Shown: in pieces, positions 21,270-29,307 of the stretch
Position numbering within the stretch: the first letter of the stretch is position 1
Layout of the letters: every line of letters begins with the position of its first letter
Source of the DNA: Megasphaera elsdenii DSM 20460
GTDB lineage: Bacteria > Bacillota > Negativicutes > Veillonellales > Megasphaeraceae
Length of the DNA: 32,000 bases
Assembly: GCF_003010495.1 (NCBI RefSeq)
Contig: NZ_CP027570.1
Coordinates: 1,050,001 to 1,082,000, forward strand
Direction: 5' to 3'
Notes under the pieces: generated by a model
What the model saw: the letters and a program-made list of their open reading frames with translations, nothing else
Told to the model about the DNA's origin: nothing
Database searches by the model: none
Translations under genes and position numbers: made by a program

Positions 21270-22412
21270 ATGTATTATTTCGATAATGCGGCGACGACGG
21301 CGCAGAAGCCGGATTGTGTTGCCAAGGCTGTTTACCAGGTCCTGTCTTCAGGGACCGTCGGCAACCCGTCCCGCGGGGCCCACGGATATGCCCTCAGGGC
21401 CTATGGCCTCGTCTTGCAGGCCAAGGACGACGTGAAGGCCTTGTTTCACTGCGGGCCGGAATACGACGTCGCTTTCACGCACAACTCGACGGCGGCTTTG
21501 AACATGGTCCTCAAAGGACTCATCCGTCCGGGCGATGGCGTCTTGACGACGTCGTGGGAGCACAATGCCGTCTTGCGGCCGTTGTATCAGCTGGAAAAAG
21601 AAGGCGTATCCCTGGCTTTCATCGGCAGCGACCAGCCCAGCGGGGCCTTGCAGTACGATACGATGGAAGCTCTGCTGACGCCGCAGACAAAATGGTTCGT
21701 CTGCAACCACGCTTCCAATGTCACCGGCAATGTCCTCGATTTGCCCCGCATCAAGGCCTTTTGCCGGCGCCACCATCTGGGACTCATCGTCGATGTGTCC
21801 CAGACGGCCGGTGCCATTGACGTCGACTTGTCCGACGGCATCGTGACGGCGGCCTGTTTTACGGGCCACAAGTCGCTGTATGGTCCCGGCGGGACGGGAG
21901 GCATTGTCATCCGCCGCGATGCCGTCGTGACGCCGTACATCACCGGCGGCGACGGCGTCCATTCCTTTGAACGGGAACAACCAGGGGCTATCCCTGGCGT
22001 CTTTGAAGCGGGGACGGCCAATGTCGCCGGCATTGCCGGTCTCGATGCCGGGATTCGATATATCCTGGACAAAGGCGTCGCCGCTGCCGCCGCACATCAG
22101 CAGGAGCTGGCCCGGATTTTCGTCCCCGCCGTCCAGGCGATTTCCGGTATCCGCCTGTATGGCGATTTTTCCGGCCCCCGCGTCGGCGTCTACAGCCTCA
22201 ATGTGGGCGAGGCAGAATCGGCTGTCGTCAGCGACGTCCTCTGGCAGACGTACCACATGGCGACGCGTCCGGCCTACCATTGTGCGCCCCTCATCCACCG
22301 TTCCCTGGGGACGGCCGTCCAGGGAACGGTGCGCTTTTCCTTTTCCCAATTCACGACGGAAGAAGATGTCCGGGCCGCTGTGCAGGCCTTGCAGGACATT
22401 TCAGAGCTGTAA
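21270..22412 (+). CDS. Class V aminotransferase-fold NifS-like protein (cysteine desulfurase / selenocysteine lyase family)
   Basis: ATG 21270 (RBS gggaggtg) gives MYYFDNAATT. PLP-Lys context FTGHKSLYGP. Active-site Cys context RPAYHCAPL. Confidence 0.85.
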   Translation: MYYFDNAATTAQKPDCVAKAVYQVLSSGTVGNPSRGAHGYALRAYGLVLQAKDDVKALFHCGPEYDVAFTHNSTAALNMVLKGLIRPGDGVLTTSWEHNAVLRPLYQLEKEGVSLAFIGSDQPSGALQYDTMEALLTPQTKWFVCNHASNVTGNVLDLPRIKAFCRRHHLGLIVDVSQTAGAIDVDLSDGIVTAACFTGHKSLYGPGGTGGIVIRRDAVVTPYITGGDGVHSFEREQPGAIPGVFEAGTANVAGIAGLDAGIRYILDKGVAAAAAHQQELARIFVPAVQAISGIRLYGDFSGPRVGVYSLNVGEAESAVVSDVLWQTYHMATRPAYHCAPLIHRSLGTAVQGTVRFSFSQFTTEEDVRAAVQALQDISEL

Positions 22413-22439
22413 GCTTTTTTCGCAATTTGCCGGGAAAAC

Positions 22440-22468
22440 TTGACTGCTTTGGTATAGTAATATATAAT
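22440..22468 (+). promoter_or_regulatory. Promoter of the trx-TSCPD-DUF3343-selB-selA operon
   Basis: TTGACT, 17-nt spacer, TATAAT. Confidence 0.6.
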
Positions 22469-22517
22469 GGAATTAGTCATAAAAGGCAAATAGTCAAAAG
22501 GAAAGGTGGAATCTCTT

Positions 22518-22838
22518 ATGGAATATAAATTCACAGCCGATAATTTTCAGCAGGAAGTCTTGAACAGCAGTCAGCCGGTCATGGTCGACTTTTTCGCTAA
22601 CTGGTGCGGCCCTTGCCAGATGATGGGACCGGTCATCGCCAACTTGGCCGAAGAATATGCCGGCAAAATCAAGATCGGCAAGATCAATGTCGATGAAAAT
22701 CCGGGCGTAGCCCAGACGTATGATGTAGCCACGATTCCGAACCTGGTCTTTTTCAAAGATGGGAAAGTCGTCAACCGCGTCATCGGCGTCGTTCCGGATA
22801 ATGTATTGAAAGAAAAGTTAGACGCTTTGCTCAGATAA
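22518..22838 (+). CDS. trxA: Thioredoxin
   Basis: 106 aa from ATG 22518. WCGPC active site and the typical IPNLVFFKDG motif. Confidence 0.9.
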   Translation: MEYKFTADNFQQEVLNSSQPVMVDFFANWCGPCQMMGPVIANLAEEYAGKIKIGKINVDENPGVAQTYDVATIPNLVFFKDGKVVNRVIGVVPDNVLKEKLDALLR

Positions 22839-22863
22839 GGAGCGGCGCCAGAGGAGGATTCTC

Positions 22864-23121
22864 ATGAAAAATTATTCCTATACGACACAGGGAACCTGTG
22901 CCCGTCAGATTACCTTCAGCCTGGAAGATGGCAAATTGCATAACGTCCATTTCGCAGGCGGCTGTCCCGGCAATACCCTGGCCCTGAGCAAATTGCTGGA
23001 AGATACCGATGCGGCCCGGGCTGTGAAGCTCTTGAAAGGGAATCCCTGTGGCGATCGCGGGACCTCCTGCGCCGATCAGCTGGCCATCGCCGTAGAACAG
23101 GCCCTGAAACAGGGCGCCTGA
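22864..23121 (+). CDS. TSCPD-domain small four-Cys protein (TIGR03905-like)
   Basis: 85 aa. GTCAR...FAGGCPGN...GNPCGDRGTSCADQLA matches my recollection of the pattern of the uncharacterised TSCPD 4-Cys family. Confidence 0.7.
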   Translation: MKNYSYTTQGTCARQITFSLEDGKLHNVHFAGGCPGNTLALSKLLEDTDAARAVKLLKGNPCGDRGTSCADQLAIAVEQALKQGA

Positions 23122-23393
23122 TGGCTGGGGAAACGTATGGCATCGCCCTGGTCCCGTCGACGCGGCAGGCCATGGAAGGTGAAGCGCTTGCCAAAGCCGC
23201 CGGACTAGCCGTGCGCATCATTCCGACGCCGGGGAAGCTCGACGCATCGTGCGGTTTTTCCCTGCGCTATGAACTGGCTGATGAAGCGGCCCTGACAGCC
23301 CTCCTCGATGAGAAGGGGCTGGCATGGGCCGCTTTATATCATGCCTGCCGCCGGGGGCTGCGCGTCACCTATACTAAATGTAAAGAGGGATGA
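23121..23393 (+). CDS. DUF3343-like small protein (putative Se/S carrier-like family)
   Basis: 90 aa. YGIALVPSTRQAMEGEALAKAAGLAVRIIPTPGKLDASCGFSL fits the DUF3343 pattern (single Cys in xSCGxx). The start overlaps the previous stop (TGATG). Confidence 0.65.
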   Translation: MAGETYGIALVPSTRQAMEGEALAKAAGLAVRIIPTPGKLDASCGFSLRYELADEAALTALLDEKGLAWAALYHACRRGLRVTYTKCKEG

Positions 23394-23397
23394 TAAG

Positions 23398-25320
23398 ATG
23401 GCCAGACATATCGTTATCGGCACAGCCGGTCATGTCGATCATGGCAAGACGACGCTGGTCCGTGCCTTGACCGGAATCGAGACGGATACGACAGCCGAAG
23501 AAAAGAAACGGGGATTGACGATCAACCTGGGCTTTGCCTGGCTCGACCTGCCAGATGGTACGCGGGCCGGTATCGTCGATGTACCCGGTCATGAAAAGTT
23601 CATCAAGAATATGGTCGCCGGCCTGCCGGGCCTCAATCTGGTCCTGCTCGTCGTCGATGCTAACGAAGGGGTCATGCCGCAGACGAAAGAACATCTCGAC
23701 ATCTTGACCCTTCTTGGCGTACATCGATTCATCATCGTCGTCACTAAAGCCGATACCGTCGATGAAACCCTGCTCGGCCTGGCCCTGCAGGATATCCGCC
23801 AGAACCTGGCCGATACGGCAGCGGAAGACGCGCCTATCGTCGTCACTGATGCCATCAGCGGCCGCGGGCTGACAGAACTGGTCGCTGAAATCCAGGAAAT
23901 GGCCGCGTCTTTACCCGGCGAGACAGCCCGGGGGACAGGGCGCCTCAATGTGGACCGGTCTTTTTCCATCAAGGGCTTCGGGACGATTGTCACGGGTACT
24001 CTCATCGACGGTCCCATGACTAATGGTGGTGAGGTCTGGCTCTATCCTGGCGGCCGTCGCCTGCGTATCCGCAACATGCAGGTCCATGATCGGGATGTAT
24101 GGCAGGCAGAGCCGCCGCAGCGGACGGCCTTGAACCTGGCGGGCATTTCCAGCGGAGCCATCCATCGCGGCGATGTCCTCTGTACGGCAGCGGATTTTGC
24201 TGCGACGCGGATGATCGATGCCAAAGTGACCTGTCTGGCCGATGCAGAGCCACTCTTTTTATGGCAGCGCATGCGCCTCCTCGTAGGGACGCGGGAAGTC
24301 ATGGCCCGTATCGTGCCCTTAGGGGCCGAACAGATTGCGCCTGGGACCGATGGCTTTTTACAGCTGCGCCTGGAAGCGGATGAAATCTATGTAAAGGCCG
24401 GGGACCGCTTCATTTTGCGGACTTTTTCGCCTATGCATACCGTAGCCGGCGGGGAAATCCTCGACGCCCACCCTAAAAAACACCGCCGCTTCAAAGATGA
24501 CGTAGTGACCAGCCTGGAAGCTCGCGATGCTGGCCTGACAAATGATGTCGTCGCCGGTTTCCTGCGCCTGCGCCAGGTCCCCTTTACACAGGCCGGCGTC
24601 ATTGCCGGAGCGGTGGACCTGCCTTTGGATAAGGTGGAAATCGCTCTGGACCATTTACGCCAAGCCGGGATAGTCCGCCGGACCCGTCAAGGCTATATCC
24701 ATCGTGACGTCTATAAGGCCTGGCAGGCCAAGGCCTTGCAAGTCCTCTTGGCCTATCATAAAGAAAAACCGTTACAGCCGGGGATTCCCCAGCCGGTTTT
24801 CCGGAGCCGCCTGGGCCTCGATGAAAATGACGGGACGGCCTTGCTGCGGCTGTTGACGGCTGGCGGCGTCTGCCGCTTATCCCGACAATGCGTGGCGGCA
24901 AAACAATTCCGAATTACTTTTTCCCCGTCCCAGCGGAAATTGCAGTCGGCTATTGAAAAGAAGCTGGACCACAGCGGCTATGTACCGGTCCCTGTACGGG
25001 AAATCCTGGCGCTGGGCAAGGAAGCGCCTGCTGTTGCCGACGCCCTGAGTGGTAAGAGCCTCGTCTTTTTATCGAAAGATTTCGTCTTGTCCAAGCGGTT
25101 CCTGACGGAAGCTGCCCGAAAGGCCTGCCAGTCTTTGCAGACCGGGAATCTCCTGACTTTGGGTGATTTCCGCGATGCCCTGGCCATCAGCCGCAGCCAG
25201 GCCCTGCTCATCCTGGAGTATATGGACCGATGCGGAATCACCTGCCGCGTCCGTGACGGGCGCCTGGCCGGACCGCAGGCTCGGAGATATGAAGGGAAAG
25301 GGGAATCTGACCATGGATGA
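23398..25320 (+). CDS. selB: Selenocysteine-specific translation elongation factor
   Basis: ATG 23398 gives MARHIVIGTAGHVDHGKTTL, DVPGHEKF and TKAD G-motifs, plus a long C-terminal winged-helix extension. 640 aa. Confidence 0.92.
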   Translation: MARHIVIGTAGHVDHGKTTLVRALTGIETDTTAEEKKRGLTINLGFAWLDLPDGTRAGIVDVPGHEKFIKNMVAGLPGLNLVLLVVDANEGVMPQTKEHLDILTLLGVHRFIIVVTKADTVDETLLGLALQDIRQNLADTAAEDAPIVVTDAISGRGLTELVAEIQEMAASLPGETARGTGRLNVDRSFSIKGFGTIVTGTLIDGPMTNGGEVWLYPGGRRLRIRNMQVHDRDVWQAEPPQRTALNLAGISSGAIHRGDVLCTAADFAATRMIDAKVTCLADAEPLFLWQRMRLLVGTREVMARIVPLGAEQIAPGTDGFLQLRLEADEIYVKAGDRFILRTFSPMHTVAGGEILDAHPKKHRRFKDDVVTSLEARDAGLTNDVVAGFLRLRQVPFTQAGVIAGAVDLPLDKVEIALDHLRQAGIVRRTRQGYIHRDVYKAWQAKALQVLLAYHKEKPLQPGIPQPVFRSRLGLDENDGTALLRLLTAGGVCRLSRQCVAAKQFRITFSPSQRKLQSAIEKKLDHSGYVPVPVREILALGKEAPAVADALSGKSLVFLSKDFVLSKRFLTEAARKACQSLQTGNLLTLGDFRDALAISRSQALLILEYMDRCGITCRVRDGRLAGPQARRYEGKGESDHG

Positions 25321-26710
25321 AACACGGCAGCAGCTGCTGCGTCAGCTGCCGGATGTAGATCATTTATTGCAGCGGCCGGCCTTACAGATCTGGCAGGAAC
25401 GGAAGTCTCGTCAGGCCGTCCGCAATGCCGTCCGGGCTGAGCTGGATAAACGGCGCCAGGCCATCTTGACCGGCCAGTGGGACCAGCCGTTTTCCGGCGA
25501 AGTCTTCGACCAGGCTGTCGTTTCCCGCCTGCAGACTGAAGGACGGGGCCATCTGCGCCGGGTCATCAATGCGACGGGGACCATTCTGCATACGAACCTC
25601 GGGCGGTCTGTCTTCAGCCCGGAATTGGCCCGGCACATTGGCGAACTGGCCTGCCACTACAGTAACTTGGAATATGACCTGGCTTCGGGCAGGCGGGGGT
25701 CGCGGTACGACCATGTCCGGGGGCTCCTCTGTGACCTGACCGGCGCTGAAGATGCCCTGGTCGTCAATAATAATGCCGCTGCCGTCCTCTTGACTTTGTC
25801 CAGCCTCGCTGCGGGGAAGGAAGTCATCATCTCGCGGGGGGAACTCGTTGAAATCGGCGGGTCTTTCCGCATCCCCGACGTCATCGAGCAAAGTGGTGGC
25901 CGTATCCGTGAAGTCGGGACGACCAATAAGACCCACTTGGCCGACTACCAACGGGCCCTTGGCGAGGATACGGCGGCCCTCATGAAAGTCCACACCAGTA
26001 ATTACCGTATCATCGGTTTTACGGAAAGCGTCTCGCCGGCAGCCTTGGCCGGACTGGCCCATGACCACGGCCTGCCCTGTCTCCACGATGCCGGCAGCGG
26101 CTTATTCGTGGACTTAGAAACCTTTGGCCTGCCTCATGAACCGACAGTTGGCGAAGTACTGGCGGCTGGCTGTGACGTCGTGACCTTTAGCGGCGACAAG
26201 CTCCTGGGCGGCCCTCAGGCGGGTATCATCGTCGGAAAAGCGGCCTATCTGGATGCCATGAAACACCATCCCTTACTGCGGGCCCTGCGCGTTGATAAGA
26301 TGACCCTGGCCGGTTTAGAAGGGACGCTCCAGTCCTATCGCGACGGTACGGCGGCCCGTCAGATCCCGACCCTGCGCTGCCTGGCCCAGACAGAGGACGA
26401 GATAAAGGAACGGGCGGAACGGCTGTTACAATTCCTGCATACCGATGACCTGCCGGCCTGTGTCTCATTGCGTCCGATAGACGACTGCATCGGCGGCGGT
26501 GCCTGCCCGGATGTCGTCCTGCCGGGCTGGGCCCTGGCCATAGAAGCCGATGGCATGACCCCGGAAGAAATGGAACGCCGCCTGCGTCACGCCGACCTGC
26601 CCGTCATCGTCCGCGTCCAGTACAACGCCGTCGTTTTGTCCCTGCGCACCCTCGGCGATGACGAACTCCAGGACGCCTCTCGTATCGTGCGGGAAGCGTT
26701 GGGAGTTTAA
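25313..26710 (+). CDS. selA: L-seryl-tRNA(Sec) selenium transferase
   Basis: ATG 25313 overlaps the selB stop (ATGGATGA). NATGTILHTNLGRS and the PLP-Lys context FSGDKLLGGPQAG are SelA signatures. Confidence 0.92.
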   Translation: MDETRQQLLRQLPDVDHLLQRPALQIWQERKSRQAVRNAVRAELDKRRQAILTGQWDQPFSGEVFDQAVVSRLQTEGRGHLRRVINATGTILHTNLGRSVFSPELARHIGELACHYSNLEYDLASGRRGSRYDHVRGLLCDLTGAEDALVVNNNAAAVLLTLSSLAAGKEVIISRGELVEIGGSFRIPDVIEQSGGRIREVGTTNKTHLADYQRALGEDTAALMKVHTSNYRIIGFTESVSPAALAGLAHDHGLPCLHDAGSGLFVDLETFGLPHEPTVGEVLAAGCDVVTFSGDKLLGGPQAGIIVGKAAYLDAMKHHPLLRALRVDKMTLAGLEGTLQSYRDGTAARQIPTLRCLAQTEDEIKERAERLLQFLHTDDLPACVSLRPIDDCIGGGACPDVVLPGWALAIEADGMTPEEMERRLRHADLPVIVRVQYNAVVLSLRTLGDDELQDASRIVREALGV

Positions 26711-26753
26711 GCGTCGCGTGAAGGTTTCAGCCATCATGTATGAGCGGGCCGTT

Positions 26754-26820
26754 GCTTTATTGTTTGTAGAAGAGGAATTTAAATTAAAAAACTTCACTAC
26801 AAACTGTAAACTTAATACTC
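26754..26820. repeat. Palindromic heptamer-array element (short)
   Basis: Left arm gctttat tgtttgt agaagag. Core gaatttaaattaaaaaac. Right arm ttcacta caaactg taaactt aatactc. About 16/20 arm complementarity next to the core. Confidence 0.65.
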
Positions 26821-26855
26821 AAAAAGGCGCTGTCTTTATGCGACAGCGCCTTTTT
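26821..26855. terminator. Bidirectional terminator between selA and the LacI-type gene
   Basis: A5, 9-bp stem ggcgctgtc/gacagcgcc, T5. Confidence 0.85.
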
Positions 26856-26864
26856 ACACCCCGC

Positions 26865-27878
26865 TTACCGCGGTGACGATTGGCCTATGATTTCTTTTCC
26901 TTCTACGAATTGGACTGTAGGGTTCGGTTTTTTCTTTTCAATGAGGTCGACCATGAGGTGCAGGCAGTGCTGGCCGATTTCACCCATGGGGATGTCGACG
27001 CGGGACAGCGAGGGAATTGCATAGTCGTTGAACTCGGCCATGTTGATCCCAATGGTAAAGACTTCCATGTCCTGCGGGATGGCTACGCCCAGTTCATGAC
27101 AGGCGTAAAGCACGCCGTGGGCCAGGACGTCGGATTCACAGAACAGGGACCGGGGCATCCGCTTTTCTGCATAGAGTTTCTTCGTCGCTTCGACAGCACT
27201 TGAAGACGACGTATCGCAGAGAACGATGTTCGTTTCCGGAACAGGGTGTCCTGCCTTTGCGAACGTATCGAGGAAGCCCTGCATCCACGTGCGCATGATC
27301 GGGAACGACGTGTCATGAGTCAGGACGCCGGCATCGAAAATGCCCTTATCGATGAAGTGCTTGGCGACGTTGCAGCCGATTGTATAGTTGTCCATGGTGA
27401 CGCTGCTGTACTTGTCCGATTCCCGGTTAAAGAGGACGACCGGGCAAGGGATATGGATGGAATTCAGGTAGTCCATATCTTTATTCGACATGTTTGCAAT
27501 GATGATGCCGTTGAAAAATTCGTTTTGCATCGCGTCGAGCTGTTTTTGCAGTTGATCGACTTTATATGGGACGACGGTCAGATGGATCGCCTTATCTTGC
27601 TTCATGATTTCTTCCTGGATCCCAAGGGTGATACGGGCCAGGTAGTTGATACGGAAGTCCGTTGCCCAATAGAAGGCAATGGCATAGCTGTCCTTTTTAG
27701 CCGACCGCAGTTTTTTTGCCGACTGGTTGGGGACGTAGTTCAGGTCTTGTGCAATTTTGTATATACGCTGTTGTGTTTCCTGTGAGATTTTCCGTTCCCG
27801 GCCTTTACCGTTCAAGACGATGGAAACGGTGGCGATGGAAACGCCAGCAGCTTTGGCAATGTCTTTAATTGTGGACAC
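26865..27878 (-). CDS. LacI-family transcriptional regulator
   Basis: STIKDIAKAAGVSIATVSIVLNG HTH plus a periplasmic-binding-fold domain. GTG 27878 is preferred (RBS ggaggtg 5 nt upstream). The track's ATG 27932 adds 18 atypical residues. Confidence 0.88.
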   Translation of the reverse strand: MSTIKDIAKAAGVSIATVSIVLNGKGRERKISQETQQRIYKIAQDLNYVPNQSAKKLRSAKKDSYAIAFYWATDFRINYLARITLGIQEEIMKQDKAIHLTVVPYKVDQLQKQLDAMQNEFFNGIIIANMSNKDMDYLNSIHIPCPVVLFNRESDKYSSVTMDNYTIGCNVAKHFIDKGIFDAGVLTHDTSFPIMRTWMQGFLDTFAKAGHPVPETNIVLCDTSSSSAVEATKKLYAEKRMPRSLFCESDVLAHGVLYACHELGVAIPQDMEVFTIGINMAEFNDYAIPSLSRVDIPMGEIGQHCLHLMVDLIEKKKPNPTVQFVEGKEIIGQSSPR

Positions 27879-27949
27879 GATGGCCACCTCCACTCTTGCT
27901 TTTATTTTGACATAAATTAAACGTTTTTTCAAGGAAATCTGTGTTACAG

Positions 27950-28210
27950 GGTCAACTACTCCCGACTAAAGTCGGGAACTTGTAAGTCGGAACTACATAG
28001 GTACTAACGGCATCAAAAGACGTCTCCCTAAATCCGCCTACATCATCGGGTGGCTGACAACACCCGCTTTGCTAAGGAGTTTACTCCAAAGCAGTTGTTA
28101 TTCTTTTGTAACGAGGATGGTTATCTCCAGAAATCCACATAGTTCCGAGGAGCTGAATATTCATAGCTCCGATACGGTCATCGTTAGATCTGTAACCACA
28201 CTGGCAACGA
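27950..28210 (-). ncRNA. Predicted omega (RE-derived) guide RNA of TnpB, approximate
   Basis: By analogy with characterised TnpB systems, the RNA spans the 3' end of tnpB and the right end. Structured segments are visible (gggtg ttgtcagcc acccg; cccgactttagtcggg). Confidence 0.45.
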
Positions 28211-29307
28211 TATAAGTGTTTGTGATGGTCACGATTTTCCTTGTGGATAGTACCGCATTTGGGACAACGTTGAGAGGTATACTTAGCAGATACCTTCAGA
28301 ACTTCGGAACGATTTTCATGAGCTTTATAAGTCAAGAATTGTTCCAACTGATAGAACGCCCAGCTGCGCAGGTCGCAATTTTGTTTAGCAGTTTTTGAAA
28401 GATGGGACTCTTCGAAGCTAACACCGGTCAGATCTTCAAGCACAAACAGCGTATCTTTGCCGTATTTTTCAACGAGTGTCTTAGAAATCTGATGGTTTAC
28501 ATCAGACATCCAACGGTTCTCTCGTCCAGAAATGGCTTTGAGCCTACGCTTTGCTGATTTTGTACCTTTAGACTGGAGCTGACGGCGGACTTCCTGAAAT
28601 TTATGGCGTTTAGTAGCCATCTTCTTACCAGAGACGAATTCAGTTTTGCCCTGTTCGTCGTAACTAACAGTAAGAAAACGTAATCCGCGGTCAATACCGA
28701 CAACGTGACGGACGTTTTCTTTCTGAAAATCTTCGACAGCTTGGGTTACGGGAATATGGAGATACCATAACCCTTTGAGTTCGACCAGTTTTGCTGTTCC
28801 AAGGTCATAAGCGCCATCAAGGTATTCAGCGAAATGTTCGCCCTCAAAAGTGCATTTGGTTCTTTTTCCGAGTGTATTGATAGATAGGATTTGACCATCA
28901 TCCACGAAACTGTAATCTCGGTTACGGACCAAATCAGCTTGCGGACGAGTAAAGAATATCGGCTTCCAAAGCCATTCCCATGTCTTGGCGATGCGTTGCC
29001 AGTTGCCATTCTCATCCTTATATCTGTAAGGATTTTGGAAGAGCTGTTGTTTTACCGTCTTATATCTGGCAATCGTCGTCTTGATAGAAGACTGGGCCAG
29101 CTGCGATTTCAGACCGAACTGGCTGCGCAGGTCCCTGTACAGTTCTCTGTTAAGACTTTGGTAGGCCATGTTAAATCGGTTGTCGAAGATGTACTGCGAC
29201 ACGAAGTTACAAGCCTGACGGTATTGTTCCGTCATCTGACGGAACAGAAACTCTTGTTCAGAAGTAGCATGTATACGAAGTTTTATCGTTTTAGTTAGGT
29301 TAGACAC
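28081..29307 (-). CDS. tnpB: RNA-guided endonuclease TnpB (OrfB_IS605 plus Zn ribbon)
   Basis: 408 aa, GTG start with RBS aaggaaggtgag. RuvC residues are in context: VVGIDRGLR (D), LFVLEDLTG (E), NDDRIGAMNI (D). Zn ribbon CPKCG...CQCG. Confidence 0.9.
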   Translation of the reverse strand: MSNLTKTIKLRIHATSEQEFLFRQMTEQYRQACNFVSQYIFDNRFNMAYQSLNRELYRDLRSQFGLKSQLAQSSIKTTIARYKTVKQQLFQNPYRYKDENGNWQRIAKTWEWLWKPIFFTRPQADLVRNRDYSFVDDGQILSINTLGKRTKCTFEGEHFAEYLDGAYDLGTAKLVELKGLWYLHIPVTQAVEDFQKENVRHVVGIDRGLRFLTVSYDEQGKTEFVSGKKMATKRHKFQEVRRQLQSKGTKSAKRRLKAISGRENRWMSDVNHQISKTLVEKYGKDTLFVLEDLTGVSFEESHLSKTAKQNCDLRSWAFYQLEQFLTYKAHENRSEVLKVSAKYTSQRCPKCGTIHKENRDHHKHLYRCQCGYRSNDDRIGAMNIQLLGTMWISGDNHPRYKRITTALE

